A DNA stretch of 64,000 bases from Armatimonadota bacterium (GTDB lineage: Bacteria; Armatimonadota; SYMT01). Shown piece after piece: positions 27,931-36,818 of the stretch. Within the stretch, counting starts at the first letter, position 1. Each line of letters begins with the position of its first letter. Under the pieces are notes generated by a model, which saw only the letters and a list, made by a program, of their open reading frames with translations, was not told the DNA's origin and did not search any database. The DNA lies in contig JAWLHY010000018.1 in NCBI GenBank assembly GCA_041690135.1, positions 1 to 64,000 of the forward strand, in the 5' to 3' direction. The translations under genes and the position numbers were made by a program.

Positions 27931-29580
27931 TTAAACGGCCGCCGGTTCGCCGGAGGCGATGGCCAGGATCTCCTCATCGGGCAGGCGACGCAGGTACTCA
28001 GGAAGCGCTTCGCCCGTCTCCCGGCTCTCGATCCAACTGCCCACGAGCCGTTCCACATATCCATTCACGAGCTCGCTCGGGATACGGCGGAGGAGCGGCC
28101 GGCCGATGGCCGCGTCCGGTCCGAGCTTCCCGCGCACGATGATGTCGTAAGACGTGATTTTTCCATTTTCGGAATTGCGGGTCGTTCCCTGGAAGCCCAG
28201 GTCCCCTACCCAGTGCTGGCCACACGCGTGCGGACAGCCGTCCAGGTAGATATGCAGGTCGGAGATGTCGTTTCCGAATTTCCCTTCGAGTTGGGTGACG
28301 ATTTCGACCAGCTTGGGCTTGGTGGGGCCTACGGCGAAGTTGCACATAGGATCGCCGGTGCAGCCGATGCTCGTGCCGCGCACCCGGTTCACGTTCAGCG
28401 GGAAACCGATCTCGGCCACCGCCTGGATCACGCGGTCCACGTCGCTCTCCGGGATGTCGGTGAGGATGAAGTTCTGTTCACGGGTGATCCGGAACTCGCC
28501 GTACGGCTCGATCAGGTCCGCGATCCGGCACATCTGTTCGCCGGTCATCAGGCCGGGGAATACCGGAAAGCCGATGTACCGGAGGTCGCTGCGGTCGGAT
28601 GACTTCTGCGGGTGGACGCCCATGTGGTCCGTGCGCCCCTGCGGCTGCGGGTTGACCTCCAGGTCCTCCAGTTTGCGGCCGAGATGCGCTTCTAGCTTCT
28701 CGCGGATCAACTCCGGGCCGTCGTCGTCCACCATGAACTTGAAGCGGGCCTTGGCGCGGGAGAGGCGATACCGCAGATCCCCGCTCCAGATCTCCGTCAG
28801 GCCGCGGGCAACTTCGAGGGCCTGCTCCGCCGGGATGAAAACGCCCAGGTTCTTGCCGATGCGCGGGACGCTGGACAGTCCCCCGCCGATCCAGAGCGCG
28901 AACCCGTCGCGGTCCCCCTGGCGGGTACCCACAAGCGCGATGTCGTGAATCTCCGGGGCATTGCAGTGATGGGGGCACGCCGAGATGGTGTACTTGTGCT
29001 TCCGGGGCAGGTTGCCGTACTCCCGGTTGCCGTAGTAGAACTTTGCGACCTCCTGGATCACCGGCCGGACGTCGAACAGCTCCCCGGCATCAAGTCCTGC
29101 CACCGGGCAGCCGGTGATATTGCGGACGTTGTCACCGCAGCCGCCGGCCGTGGTCAGGCCCACGGAAGCGAGGGACGCGAAGATGGCGGGCAGCGACTTG
29201 AGCCGGATCCAGTGGATCTGGATGCACTGCCGGGTGGTGAGCTCTCCGGAATTCTCCCCGTGCTCCTGGCTGATCTTGCCGATCATGCGCAACTGCTCGG
29301 CTGTGAGCGTGCCGTTCGGAATCTTCACCCGCATCATGAAGTTTCCGATCTTGGGCTTGTCGTGGTACAGGCCGTACCATTGCAGGCGCAGGATGTCCTC
29401 TTCGGGGATGTCCTCGTAGGGCATCTCGATGAAGCGCGGCACGTCGTTCAGCACGTCATACGGGTGCTTCTCGACTTTGAGGCGCTCGACGGAATTCCGG
29501 CGGAGGACCTCCTCCTGGTTGAGGGGGCGTTCCCGGCGTCGGGCCAGGCGTTCGTTGGAGGGCTCTGGAAGGTCGCTCAT
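27931..29580 (-). CDS. sir: Siroheme nitrite/sulfite reductase (ferredoxin type), probably sulfite reductase given cysH linkage
   Basis: FMMRVKIPNG; TTRQ.IQ.H; LPRK; CTGDPMC...DGCPHACG. Confidence 0.85.
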   Translation of the reverse strand: MSDLPEPSNERLARRRERPLNQEEVLRRNSVERLKVEKHPYDVLNDVPRFIEMPYEDIPEEDILRLQWYGLYHDKPKIGNFMMRVKIPNGTLTAEQLRMIGKISQEHGENSGELTTRQCIQIHWIRLKSLPAIFASLASVGLTTAGGCGDNVRNITGCPVAGLDAGELFDVRPVIQEVAKFYYGNREYGNLPRKHKYTISACPHHCNAPEIHDIALVGTRQGDRDGFALWIGGGLSSVPRIGKNLGVFIPAEQALEVARGLTEIWSGDLRYRLSRAKARFKFMVDDDGPELIREKLEAHLGRKLEDLEVNPQPQGRTDHMGVHPQKSSDRSDLRYIGFPVFPGLMTGEQMCRIADLIEPYGEFRITREQNFILTDIPESDVDRVIQAVAEIGFPLNVNRVRGTSIGCTGDPMCNFAVGPTKPKLVEIVTQLEGKFGNDISDLHIYLDGCPHACGQHWVGDLGFQGTTRNSENGKITSYDIIVRGKLGPDAAIGRPLLRRIPSELVNGYVERLVGSWIESRETGEALPEYLRRLPDEEILAIASGEPAAV

Positions 29581-29607
29581 GCGGGCCAACTACTGCGGAG
29601 AAGAATA

Positions 29608-29630
29608 ATCCTGACCAAATCGGTCAGGAT
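29608..29630. promoter_or_regulatory. Palindromic operator (Rrf2-family-like) upstream of sir-cysH
   Basis: ATCCTGACC-AAATC-GGTCAGGAT, perfect 9-bp inverted repeat. Confidence 0.65.
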
Positions 29631-29648
29631 ATGTAGGTTTACGGAGTA

Positions 29649-29678
29649 AGGTTATCCGTTACCGGGGAGGGATGTCAA
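29649..29678 (-). promoter_or_regulatory. Sigma70-type promoter for sir-cysH
   Basis: Minus strand TTGACA, 18 nt spacer, TAACCT. Confidence 0.6.
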
Positions 29679-29716
29679 CCGGTGGAAGCTTCCAGACCTT
29701 CAGCCCGGCTGGTTGG

Positions 29717-30877
29717 TTATTCCGAGGAAACCGGTGGAAGCCAGTGGGCCAGGGGAAACGGATGCTGTTGGGGAGGGAGAGCCTGAAGGTGTTCGACTTC
29801 CAGGCAGCAGCCGTCGACGAGGGAGAGGCTTTCACTGGAATTGGCCAGCGCAACCAGTTGCTTTGCGGCTTCCTTGGGGGTGGCGGCCTGCAGCACCAGC
29901 ACCGGGGCTTTGCCCGCCAGATCCACGGTGCTGGGGGAGAGAGCGGGTGAAGGAGAGGCCAGCAATCTCTCCCCCAGGTCCTCGAGCGCGGCCAGCCCGG
30001 CTCGGGCGGCCTGTCGGGTTCTTCGGCGCAGTCGTGTCGCAAGTTTGGCGGTGTCGTCCCCACCCCTCAGGAATTCAGCCACCGCAAGTGCGGTTGCGGC
30101 CTCGGTCTCGGCTCGCTCCCCACCTTGCTCCGCTGCCACACGCCGGGCGCGGCGGAAACTTCGGAGTGCCGCGTCGAGCATTCCCGTGCAGACCCCTGCC
30201 CAGCCACGACTCAGGAGCGTGGAGAGTTCGACCTCCGGAGGCGGATTCTGCTTCAGGACGCGAGTGAATAACTCCGTAGCAGCACGTGGACATCCCACCC
30301 GAGTGAGGAATTCGCCGGCCAACTGGCGGACGCGCAGGGCCTCCGTGGGATCCGTATCGGTGGGGACCTCCCCCTCCAGAAGCGGATCCAGCGCGGTGAA
30401 AGCATTTGTGATACTGCCCGCCATCCAATGCGCGAGCGCCAGGCGTCGCCTGGCAGCAGTCGGGCGGAGGACCTCCGGAGCCGCTACCGTTTGGGTGAGC
30501 CAGGTCTCCGCGGTAGCCACCGCGCGGTTGTGATCGCCAACCTCCGAGTAGACCCGCGACAGGAGGTCCATGCTGTCGCCTAGCTCGGGGATCTCGCGGT
30601 TTCGCAGCAGACGTTCGGCGGCACGGGCAGGTCGAAGGGCCTTCTCTCGTTTGCCGCGCCTTAGTTCCAACAGGGCCTGCAAGCGGTACCCGCGGGCTGC
30701 CGGGACGACTTCATTCGCAGCAAGCAGTCGCCGAATCGCCTCTTGCAACTGTCTTCCGGTTCGGGGGCTGCGCCCCTGGGCCAATGCGGAGGTGGTTTCC
30801 TCCAGGGCATACTGCGCTTCTTCGAGCCCGGTCACCGGCTCGCTTGCATGCTGATCGGGCATAGCTGGTTCCGTCAC
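29717..30877 (-). CDS. Hypothetical TPR-like helical repeat protein
   Basis: Ala/Leu/Arg-rich helical repeats; RBS AGGGAG before GTG. Confidence 0.6.
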   Translation of the reverse strand: MTEPAMPDQHASEPVTGLEEAQYALEETTSALAQGRSPRTGRQLQEAIRRLLAANEVVPAARGYRLQALLELRRGKREKALRPARAAERLLRNREIPELGDSMDLLSRVYSEVGDHNRAVATAETWLTQTVAAPEVLRPTAARRRLALAHWMAGSITNAFTALDPLLEGEVPTDTDPTEALRVRQLAGEFLTRVGCPRAATELFTRVLKQNPPPEVELSTLLSRGWAGVCTGMLDAALRSFRRARRVAAEQGGERAETEAATALAVAEFLRGGDDTAKLATRLRRRTRQAARAGLAALEDLGERLLASPSPALSPSTVDLAGKAPVLVLQAATPKEAAKQLVALANSSESLSLVDGCCLEVEHLQALPPQQHPFPLAHWLPPVSSE

Positions 30878-31084
30878 GGTGTCTCCCTACCGAGCACTCC
30901 ACTTTAGCTTTTATCACAAGGCTGTTGTTTGCTGCACAACGTCAAGCGTCTTTCCGTGGAGTTGGCTCATCTTTGACGGGGGATTGTTCTCGGGGGATAG
31001 GAGCCGATGCGCGCGTTGCCGAATCTGCAGTGGGCCGCAATGGCGAATGCGTGGCAGCAGAGGTCCGGCCCTGGAGAAGATTTG

Positions 31085-32569
31085 ATGCAAACTCCCGTGA
31101 CGTTCACCGTAAACACCACCCCCCTCCTCGAAACCTCGTGCGATGCTCTGCTGATTCCCGTTCAGCAGGACGCCCCCTTGAGACCGAACGCCGCAGCGTT
31201 GGATGCCGCTCTGGATGGGCTAATCGGGGATATGCGGGAGCGTCGAGAGTTCCGCGGTGAGCCAAACCAGGTGGCGGTGATGGCCACGTTGGGCCGTTTG
31301 TCGGCGGCGAGAGTCGTGCTGCTCGGCCTGGGAAAGCCCGCCGACCTCACTCCCGTGGTCGCCGCACGGGCCTTTGCGTCCGCCGCGCGGACCCTGGGCA
31401 AGCGTGCGCCCACGGTTTGCGCGACAGACCTGGCGGATCTCGCGCTGGAGGCTTCCACGGCGGCGGTCGCGATTGCGGAAGGAGTGGAGTTATCCCGGTT
31501 CGCGCTCGACCTGTACCGCACCCGCGAGCGCCCGGAATCCGGGATTCGGGAGTTGCTTGTTTCCGGAGCGACGGAGGCAGCTCTGCGCCAGGGCTCAATT
31601 CGTGGTCAGGCCCGCAACATCGCCCGAAACCTGGTTAACGAGCCTGGGAACGTACTCGACCCGCCGGAGCTGGCGCGGCGGGCGCAGAGCCTGGCGGAAG
31701 AAGCGGGACTGGAGGTGGAGGTGTTGGACGAGGAGGCCATGCAGCGGCTGAACATGCATGCAATCCTGACGGTGACGCGCGGAGCGGAGACCGGCGCCCG
31801 TTTCATCCTTCTCCGGCATCGGGGCGCCGCGGGCGACCCGGATCTGGCGCTGGTAGGAAAGGCAGTAACTTTCGACACGGGCGGCATCTCCCTCAAACCG
31901 GTGACGGAGATGGGGAAGATGAAGGGCGATATGGCCGGCGGGGCGGCCGTTGTGGGCGCGATGTGGGCTATTGGGCAACTCAAGCTTGCCCTGCACGTGA
32001 TCGGCCTGGTGCCGGCGGCGGTCAACATGCCCGATGGTCGCGCGTGGATGCCGGGCGATGTGGTGAACACCCGGAGCGGGAAGACGGTTGAGACGGTTAC
32101 CACAGACGCCGAGGGCCGCATGCTGCTGGCGGACGCCCTGGATTACGCACGGGAGTTGAAGGCGGCGCGGGTAGTGGATATCGCCACTCTCACCGGCGCC
32201 TGTGTGGTAGCCCTGGGCCATGTGGCCAGCGCACTCTACGGTACCGATGCGGACCTGGTGGAACTGCTCCGGGCTTGTGGTGAAGAGACAGGCGAGCGGC
32301 ACTGGCCGATGCCGCTCTTCCCCGAATATGGGGAACTGAACCGCAGCGAGATCGCGGATCTGAAAAACAGCGGCGGGCGCACGGCGGGCTCGATTACGGC
32401 CGCACACTTTCTGCGGGAGTTTGCCGGCGACACGCCGTGGGCCCACCTGGATATTGCCGGTACCAGCCAGCACGACAAGGGAAAACCGTGGGCTCCGGCG
32501 GGGCCGTCCGGAACGGGCGTCGGGACGTTCATCCGCCTCGCGGAGATGCTGGCGCATGGGGATGGCTAG
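31085..32569 (+). CDS. pepA: Leucyl aminopeptidase (M17)
   Basis: LVGKAVTFDTGG.SLK; MKGDMAG; TDAEGR..LADAL; WAHLDIAG. Confidence 0.93.
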   Translation: MQTPVTFTVNTTPLLETSCDALLIPVQQDAPLRPNAAALDAALDGLIGDMRERREFRGEPNQVAVMATLGRLSAARVVLLGLGKPADLTPVVAARAFASAARTLGKRAPTVCATDLADLALEASTAAVAIAEGVELSRFALDLYRTRERPESGIRELLVSGATEAALRQGSIRGQARNIARNLVNEPGNVLDPPELARRAQSLAEEAGLEVEVLDEEAMQRLNMHAILTVTRGAETGARFILLRHRGAAGDPDLALVGKAVTFDTGGISLKPVTEMGKMKGDMAGGAAVVGAMWAIGQLKLALHVIGLVPAAVNMPDGRAWMPGDVVNTRSGKTVETVTTDAEGRMLLADALDYARELKAARVVDIATLTGACVVALGHVASALYGTDADLVELLRACGEETGERHWPMPLFPEYGELNRSEIADLKNSGGRTAGSITAAHFLREFAGDTPWAHLDIAGTSQHDKGKPWAPAGPSGTGVGTFIRLAEMLAHGDG

Positions 32570-32789
32570 CGGAAATACGCCAAAGGTTTGAGGCGGTTCC
32601 TCTAAAAGAACGACGCTCCCACGCCGGTCGCAATGGCGAAATCCGGGCTCGAAGTGCCACCATATAGGAAGGAGTGCCGGTGAACCCCACGAGGTTCGTC
32701 AACCCGGCATCCATCCGGATTGAACCGCACGAAAAGTCGATACCCTCCCCATTCAGGCTACCTCTCAGCCAGGCAACCGAGGCTTTGTG

Positions 32790-35342
32790 ATGTTGGGCTC
32801 GCCTCGTTCGGTGTGGCGACGGTACGGGCTCTCGGCCCTCCTATGTATCGGCGCTTGTAGCTTCACGGCTGGTTCCATCGGTGACGGGCCGCCGCGGCCG
32901 CTCCTTTATTTCACTCTGGCGGCGGTGCTAAGTGCCTGGTTCGGTGGGTTTGGACCGGGTCTCTTGGTGACCTTTGTGGGCGCTGCGAGCAGCCTGGCAT
33001 TCTTTCGCGTGAGTGGCCTTCCGGCGCTTCCGGAGGCGGATGAGAACAGCCGTGTGCTGGTCTTCCTGCTGCTGTGCATTCCCCTGTGTTGGCTCATCGA
33101 TCGGTACCTCATCGCGCGTGCCGTGGCCGCCGAGACCGGGAAAGAATTGCGGGCTAATGAAGCGCGTTACCGCAAGATCGTCGACACCGCGGAAGAAGGA
33201 ATTCTCACGCTCGATCCTCTCGGCCAGATTGATTACGCCAACCCGCGTTTGTGCCGGATGTTGGGATGGAGCCTGGAAGACCTTCGGGGTCGTTCCATGC
33301 ACGTCTGCCTCTTTGTAGAAGATTATTCCCGCGTCGAATGGGATCTTGAGCAACTACTGAAAGGGGAAATGCGGCAGTTCGAAATTCGGCTCCGAACCAG
33401 CGCGGATGGCGCGGTGTGGACGCGCGTGTCGGCCAGTCCCCTCTCTGGTGATTCCGTAGTACCTACCGGTAGCCTGTGGATGGTCACGGACCTGACCGCG
33501 CAAAAGCAGCAGGAAGCGGAGCGGACGCTGCTACTAGCTCGGGAGCAATCAGCGCGCTCACAGGCCGAGGCGGCTACACGGCGCCTAGCGTTCCTAGCGG
33601 AAGCCACGACTCTGCTGTCGTCCTCGTTGGACTACAGTGTTACGCTGCAACAGATCGCCGACCTGGTGGTGCCGGAACTGGCCGACTGGTGTGTCGTGGA
33701 CGTGATCGACGAAGAAGGCAACATACGCCGCCTGGCGGTCGCGCATGCCGACTCCGAAGCCCGGGAGGACCTGCGCCTCCTGAAGGAATATGCACCCTGT
33801 TGGGATCGTGAAGAGGGGGTGGCGAGCGTCCTGCGCGAAGGTGTGCCGAAGTTGCATACCCGTGTATCCGACGACGTCCTCCTGCGGATCGCGCAAGACG
33901 AACGGCACGGAAGTCTGCTCCGGCGTTTAGGGCTTGGATCGATGGTAAGCGTGCCATTGATCGCTCGGTCCCGCATCCTGGGTGCGTTGACCCTGGTTTT
34001 CGGCCACTCCGAGCGTTCCTATGGTCTGGAAGACCTGGCGTTCGCGGAGGAACTCGCGGGCCGCGCCGGCCTCGCACTCGATAATGCACGCCATTACCGG
34101 GATGCCCACGAGGGGAGCCAGCGAAAGGACGAGTTCCTGGCGGTCCTGGCTCACGAACTGCGCAGTCCCCTGGCGGCTATTGCGAATGCCGCTTACCTGC
34201 TGGGGCATCGGGAAGGTGAGGGGCCGAAGTTGGGCCGCCTGCAAGAGATCATCGAACGGCAGGCGCAGCACCTGGCGCGCCTGGTGGAGGATCTGCTGGA
34301 TGTGTCGCGGATTGCGCAGGGTAAGGTTCATCTGTGCATGCAGCGGACGGACCTGGGATTGATCGTGCAGCGTGCGGCCGAGACGGTCCGCCCCCTTATC
34401 AACACGCGGAGTCACGCGTTCATATTGGAGGTGCCCGATGAGAACGTGTGGGTCAATGGCGATCCGATCCGGCTCACCCAGATCTTTTCAAACCTGATCA
34501 CCAACGCGGCAAAGTATACGGAGCCGGGAGGAAACATCCGTGTGTCGCTCGAGCTGGAAGGCCAGGAGATGCCAAGTGGTCCGCCGCAATCCTCGGCGGT
34601 AGTGCGGGTGCGGGACGACGGGGTCGGCCTTCCTCCAGAGTTGCAGGCCCAGGTATTTCAACCCTTCATTCAAGCAGCACGCGCGCCGGGGCGGGAACTG
34701 GGAGGTCTGGGCATCGGGCTGGCGTTGGTGCAGCATCTCGTGGAGCTGCATGGTGGTACGGTGGCGGTGACAAGTGAGGGCGAGGGACGCGGCTGCGAAT
34801 TCGTGGTTCAACTCCCGCTGCTGGAGCAGGCAGCGAAAGCACCGGCTTCCTCCGACGGTTTTCCATCTGCTGAAGCGGGCGCGCAGATGCGGATGCCGAA
34901 TGCGGGGGGCATTCGTGTTCTGGTTGTAGAGGACAATACCGATGCGGCGGAGACCCTGGTAGAGGTGCTGGTGCACTGGGGGGCCGAGGCGCAACAGGTT
35001 TCCACGGGAGCCGCGGCACTGAGAGTGGCGGCGGAATGGCGTCCAGACTTCGTGATTCTGGACCTGGGACTTCCCGACATCAACGGCTGTGAAGTTGCCC
35101 AGCGGTTGAAATCTGCGTCTCCGGCCGGCGTCGCGGAAGGAGACCGTGGCGATCAATTGGGTGCGGAAAGGAAGACCACTGCACAGACGCGTCCGATCAT
35201 GATCGCCCTGACCGGACAGGGTTCGGCGGAAGACCGACGGCGGGCGGAAGAAGCGGGCTTTACCGCCTTTCTCCTGAAACCAGCAGCGCCGGAAGAGCTG
35301 ATGGCACTACTGTTCTCCGGTGGACGACGCACCGCGGCCTGA
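32790..35342 (+). CDS. Hybrid sensor histidine kinase (DUF4118-like TM sensor, PAS, GAF, HisKA, HATPase, REC)
   Basis: LAHELRSPL; NAAKYT; DDGVG; GLGIGL; VLVVEDN..LDLGLP..KP. Confidence 0.92.
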   Translation: MLGSPRSVWRRYGLSALLCIGACSFTAGSIGDGPPRPLLYFTLAAVLSAWFGGFGPGLLVTFVGAASSLAFFRVSGLPALPEADENSRVLVFLLLCIPLCWLIDRYLIARAVAAETGKELRANEARYRKIVDTAEEGILTLDPLGQIDYANPRLCRMLGWSLEDLRGRSMHVCLFVEDYSRVEWDLEQLLKGEMRQFEIRLRTSADGAVWTRVSASPLSGDSVVPTGSLWMVTDLTAQKQQEAERTLLLAREQSARSQAEAATRRLAFLAEATTLLSSSLDYSVTLQQIADLVVPELADWCVVDVIDEEGNIRRLAVAHADSEAREDLRLLKEYAPCWDREEGVASVLREGVPKLHTRVSDDVLLRIAQDERHGSLLRRLGLGSMVSVPLIARSRILGALTLVFGHSERSYGLEDLAFAEELAGRAGLALDNARHYRDAHEGSQRKDEFLAVLAHELRSPLAAIANAAYLLGHREGEGPKLGRLQEIIERQAQHLARLVEDLLDVSRIAQGKVHLCMQRTDLGLIVQRAAETVRPLINTRSHAFILEVPDENVWVNGDPIRLTQIFSNLITNAAKYTEPGGNIRVSLELEGQEMPSGPPQSSAVVRVRDDGVGLPPELQAQVFQPFIQAARAPGRELGGLGIGLALVQHLVELHGGTVAVTSEGEGRGCEFVVQLPLLEQAAKAPASSDGFPSAEAGAQMRMPNAGGIRVLVVEDNTDAAETLVEVLVHWGAEAQQVSTGAAALRVAAEWRPDFVILDLGLPDINGCEVAQRLKSASPAGVAEGDRGDQLGAERKTTAQTRPIMIALTGQGSAEDRRRAEEAGFTAFLLKPAAPEELMALLFSGGRRTAA

Positions 35343-35372
35343 AGGTGAGGGTGGGTTATTGATGCGACCACC

Positions 35373-36611
35373 TCATCGCCGGCCGTGCCGTTGGATGTGC
35401 CGCCAGCCTCGCCAGGGCCGAACTTTCCGTTTGCGGTGCCGTCGCCGGTAGTGAAACGCCAGCAGGACTCTTTCCGCGTAACTTGGGTGCGTGTCGAACA
35501 GCACGTGCGTTAAACCGTGCCCGTGGCTTTCCTCCAGGTTGAGCCGGCGCAATTTGCGCATGACCGACAGATAGCTGTGAACATCGCCGGTCACCGCCAG
35601 AGCGTATTCATCGGCATCGCGTTCGTCACGGCGAGCTTCCGCGCACAGTAAGGGATTCAGCACGTTGGCCAGCACGATGGTGGCGGCGGCGAGGAGAGGA
35701 AACCCCGCCAGGTCCTGTACTCCCCGTAGTCCCAGGTTCGGTGCGATCACATGCAGTGCGAGGAAGCTGGAAACGCCTGCTAACAACTGTACCGATCCCC
35801 ACGCCAGCTTGCGGTGGGCTTGCGCCACCCCGGCCCGCGTACGTGCCTCCAGGTGGAGGTGGTCGTACAGGTGGCCGAATTCGTGCGCCATCACGACCCG
35901 CTCTTCACCGTCGGTAAATTCATCGATCAGGGTATCCGTCACGTAAATGGCGGTCCGTTCGCCCCGGAGCCGGATGCTGGCATTGACCCGGCGCGTGCGG
36001 TGGCTCACCTTCACCTGATAGACGGGTAGTGTCTTCTTACCTACCCCCGGGAGCGAGAACGTCTCGTGGCGCAGGAAAGTTACCGGGTAGAAGCAGTTGA
36101 GGAGCGGGTAGTAGACGTACTCGTAGAACCAGCCCCGCAGCAGCACGAAGGCCACGCACCAAGGCACGATCAGGTACTTCCACCAGGGAAGCGTCTCCAC
36201 GACAGGAAGGAGCATGCAGATCGTGGCGACACCGAAGACCGCCGAGCGACAGAGCCACTCCCACAGCCAGACATGGAGCTTTTGCCCCGTGAGGCCGTAC
36301 CGGCGCTCCAGCCAGTGCTCGTTCGCGAGATGAGCCGGGAACAGGACGAGACGCGTTACGAAGCCGATGAGGAGCAGGTAGCTGAGGTCACCCAGCCAGT
36401 TCGGCAGACCGGGGACATGGGTCGCAGCGAGGAACTTCTGGGCCAGCCCGGAAAACGTCAGATACCCCAGCGTGCCCACCAGTAGGAAGAACTCGGCGGC
36501 GTTGGCTGCCAGCTTGGCCCTGGCGTAACTCCGGCATCTCTCCTCTTCGGATGGCGCCAGTTCGATGGAATGTTTGACCGCCTGCGCTTGATCCATTTGC
36601 CTGCTGGCCAC
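35373..36611 (-). CDS. M48 family membrane metallopeptidase (Ste24-like)
   Basis: AHEFGH; ERDADEYA; THPS; multiple TM segments. Confidence 0.85.
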   Translation of the reverse strand: MASRQMDQAQAVKHSIELAPSEEERCRSYARAKLAANAAEFFLLVGTLGYLTFSGLAQKFLAATHVPGLPNWLGDLSYLLLIGFVTRLVLFPAHLANEHWLERRYGLTGQKLHVWLWEWLCRSAVFGVATICMLLPVVETLPWWKYLIVPWCVAFVLLRGWFYEYVYYPLLNCFYPVTFLRHETFSLPGVGKKTLPVYQVKVSHRTRRVNASIRLRGERTAIYVTDTLIDEFTDGEERVVMAHEFGHLYDHLHLEARTRAGVAQAHRKLAWGSVQLLAGVSSFLALHVIAPNLGLRGVQDLAGFPLLAAATIVLANVLNPLLCAEARRDERDADEYALAVTGDVHSYLSVMRKLRRLNLEESHGHGLTHVLFDTHPSYAERVLLAFHYRRRHRKRKVRPWRGWRHIQRHGRR

Positions 36612-36738
36612 TCTCCCGCATACCGTGCGGGCTCCGCACGTGAACAGTATAATACGCGCTTGGGTTTGGCGCCAGAGCGGGTGTCGGCGCCATCACAAAA
36701 CGAGGGTCGCCGTCGGATCTGTCCCCGTCCCGCGAATG

Positions 36739-36773
36739 AAAAAGGGGTGCCGGAGAGAGCTCCGGCACCCCTT
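36739..36773 (-). terminator. Intrinsic terminator after the SBBP/FN3 gene pair
   Basis: Minus strand AAGGGGTGCCGGAG-CTCT-CTCCGGCACCCCTTTTT. Confidence 0.85.
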
Positions 36774-36818
36774 CGTTATGTCCGTTCCCGGCCATCGTGG
36801 CCGGGGGGACTGATTGAT

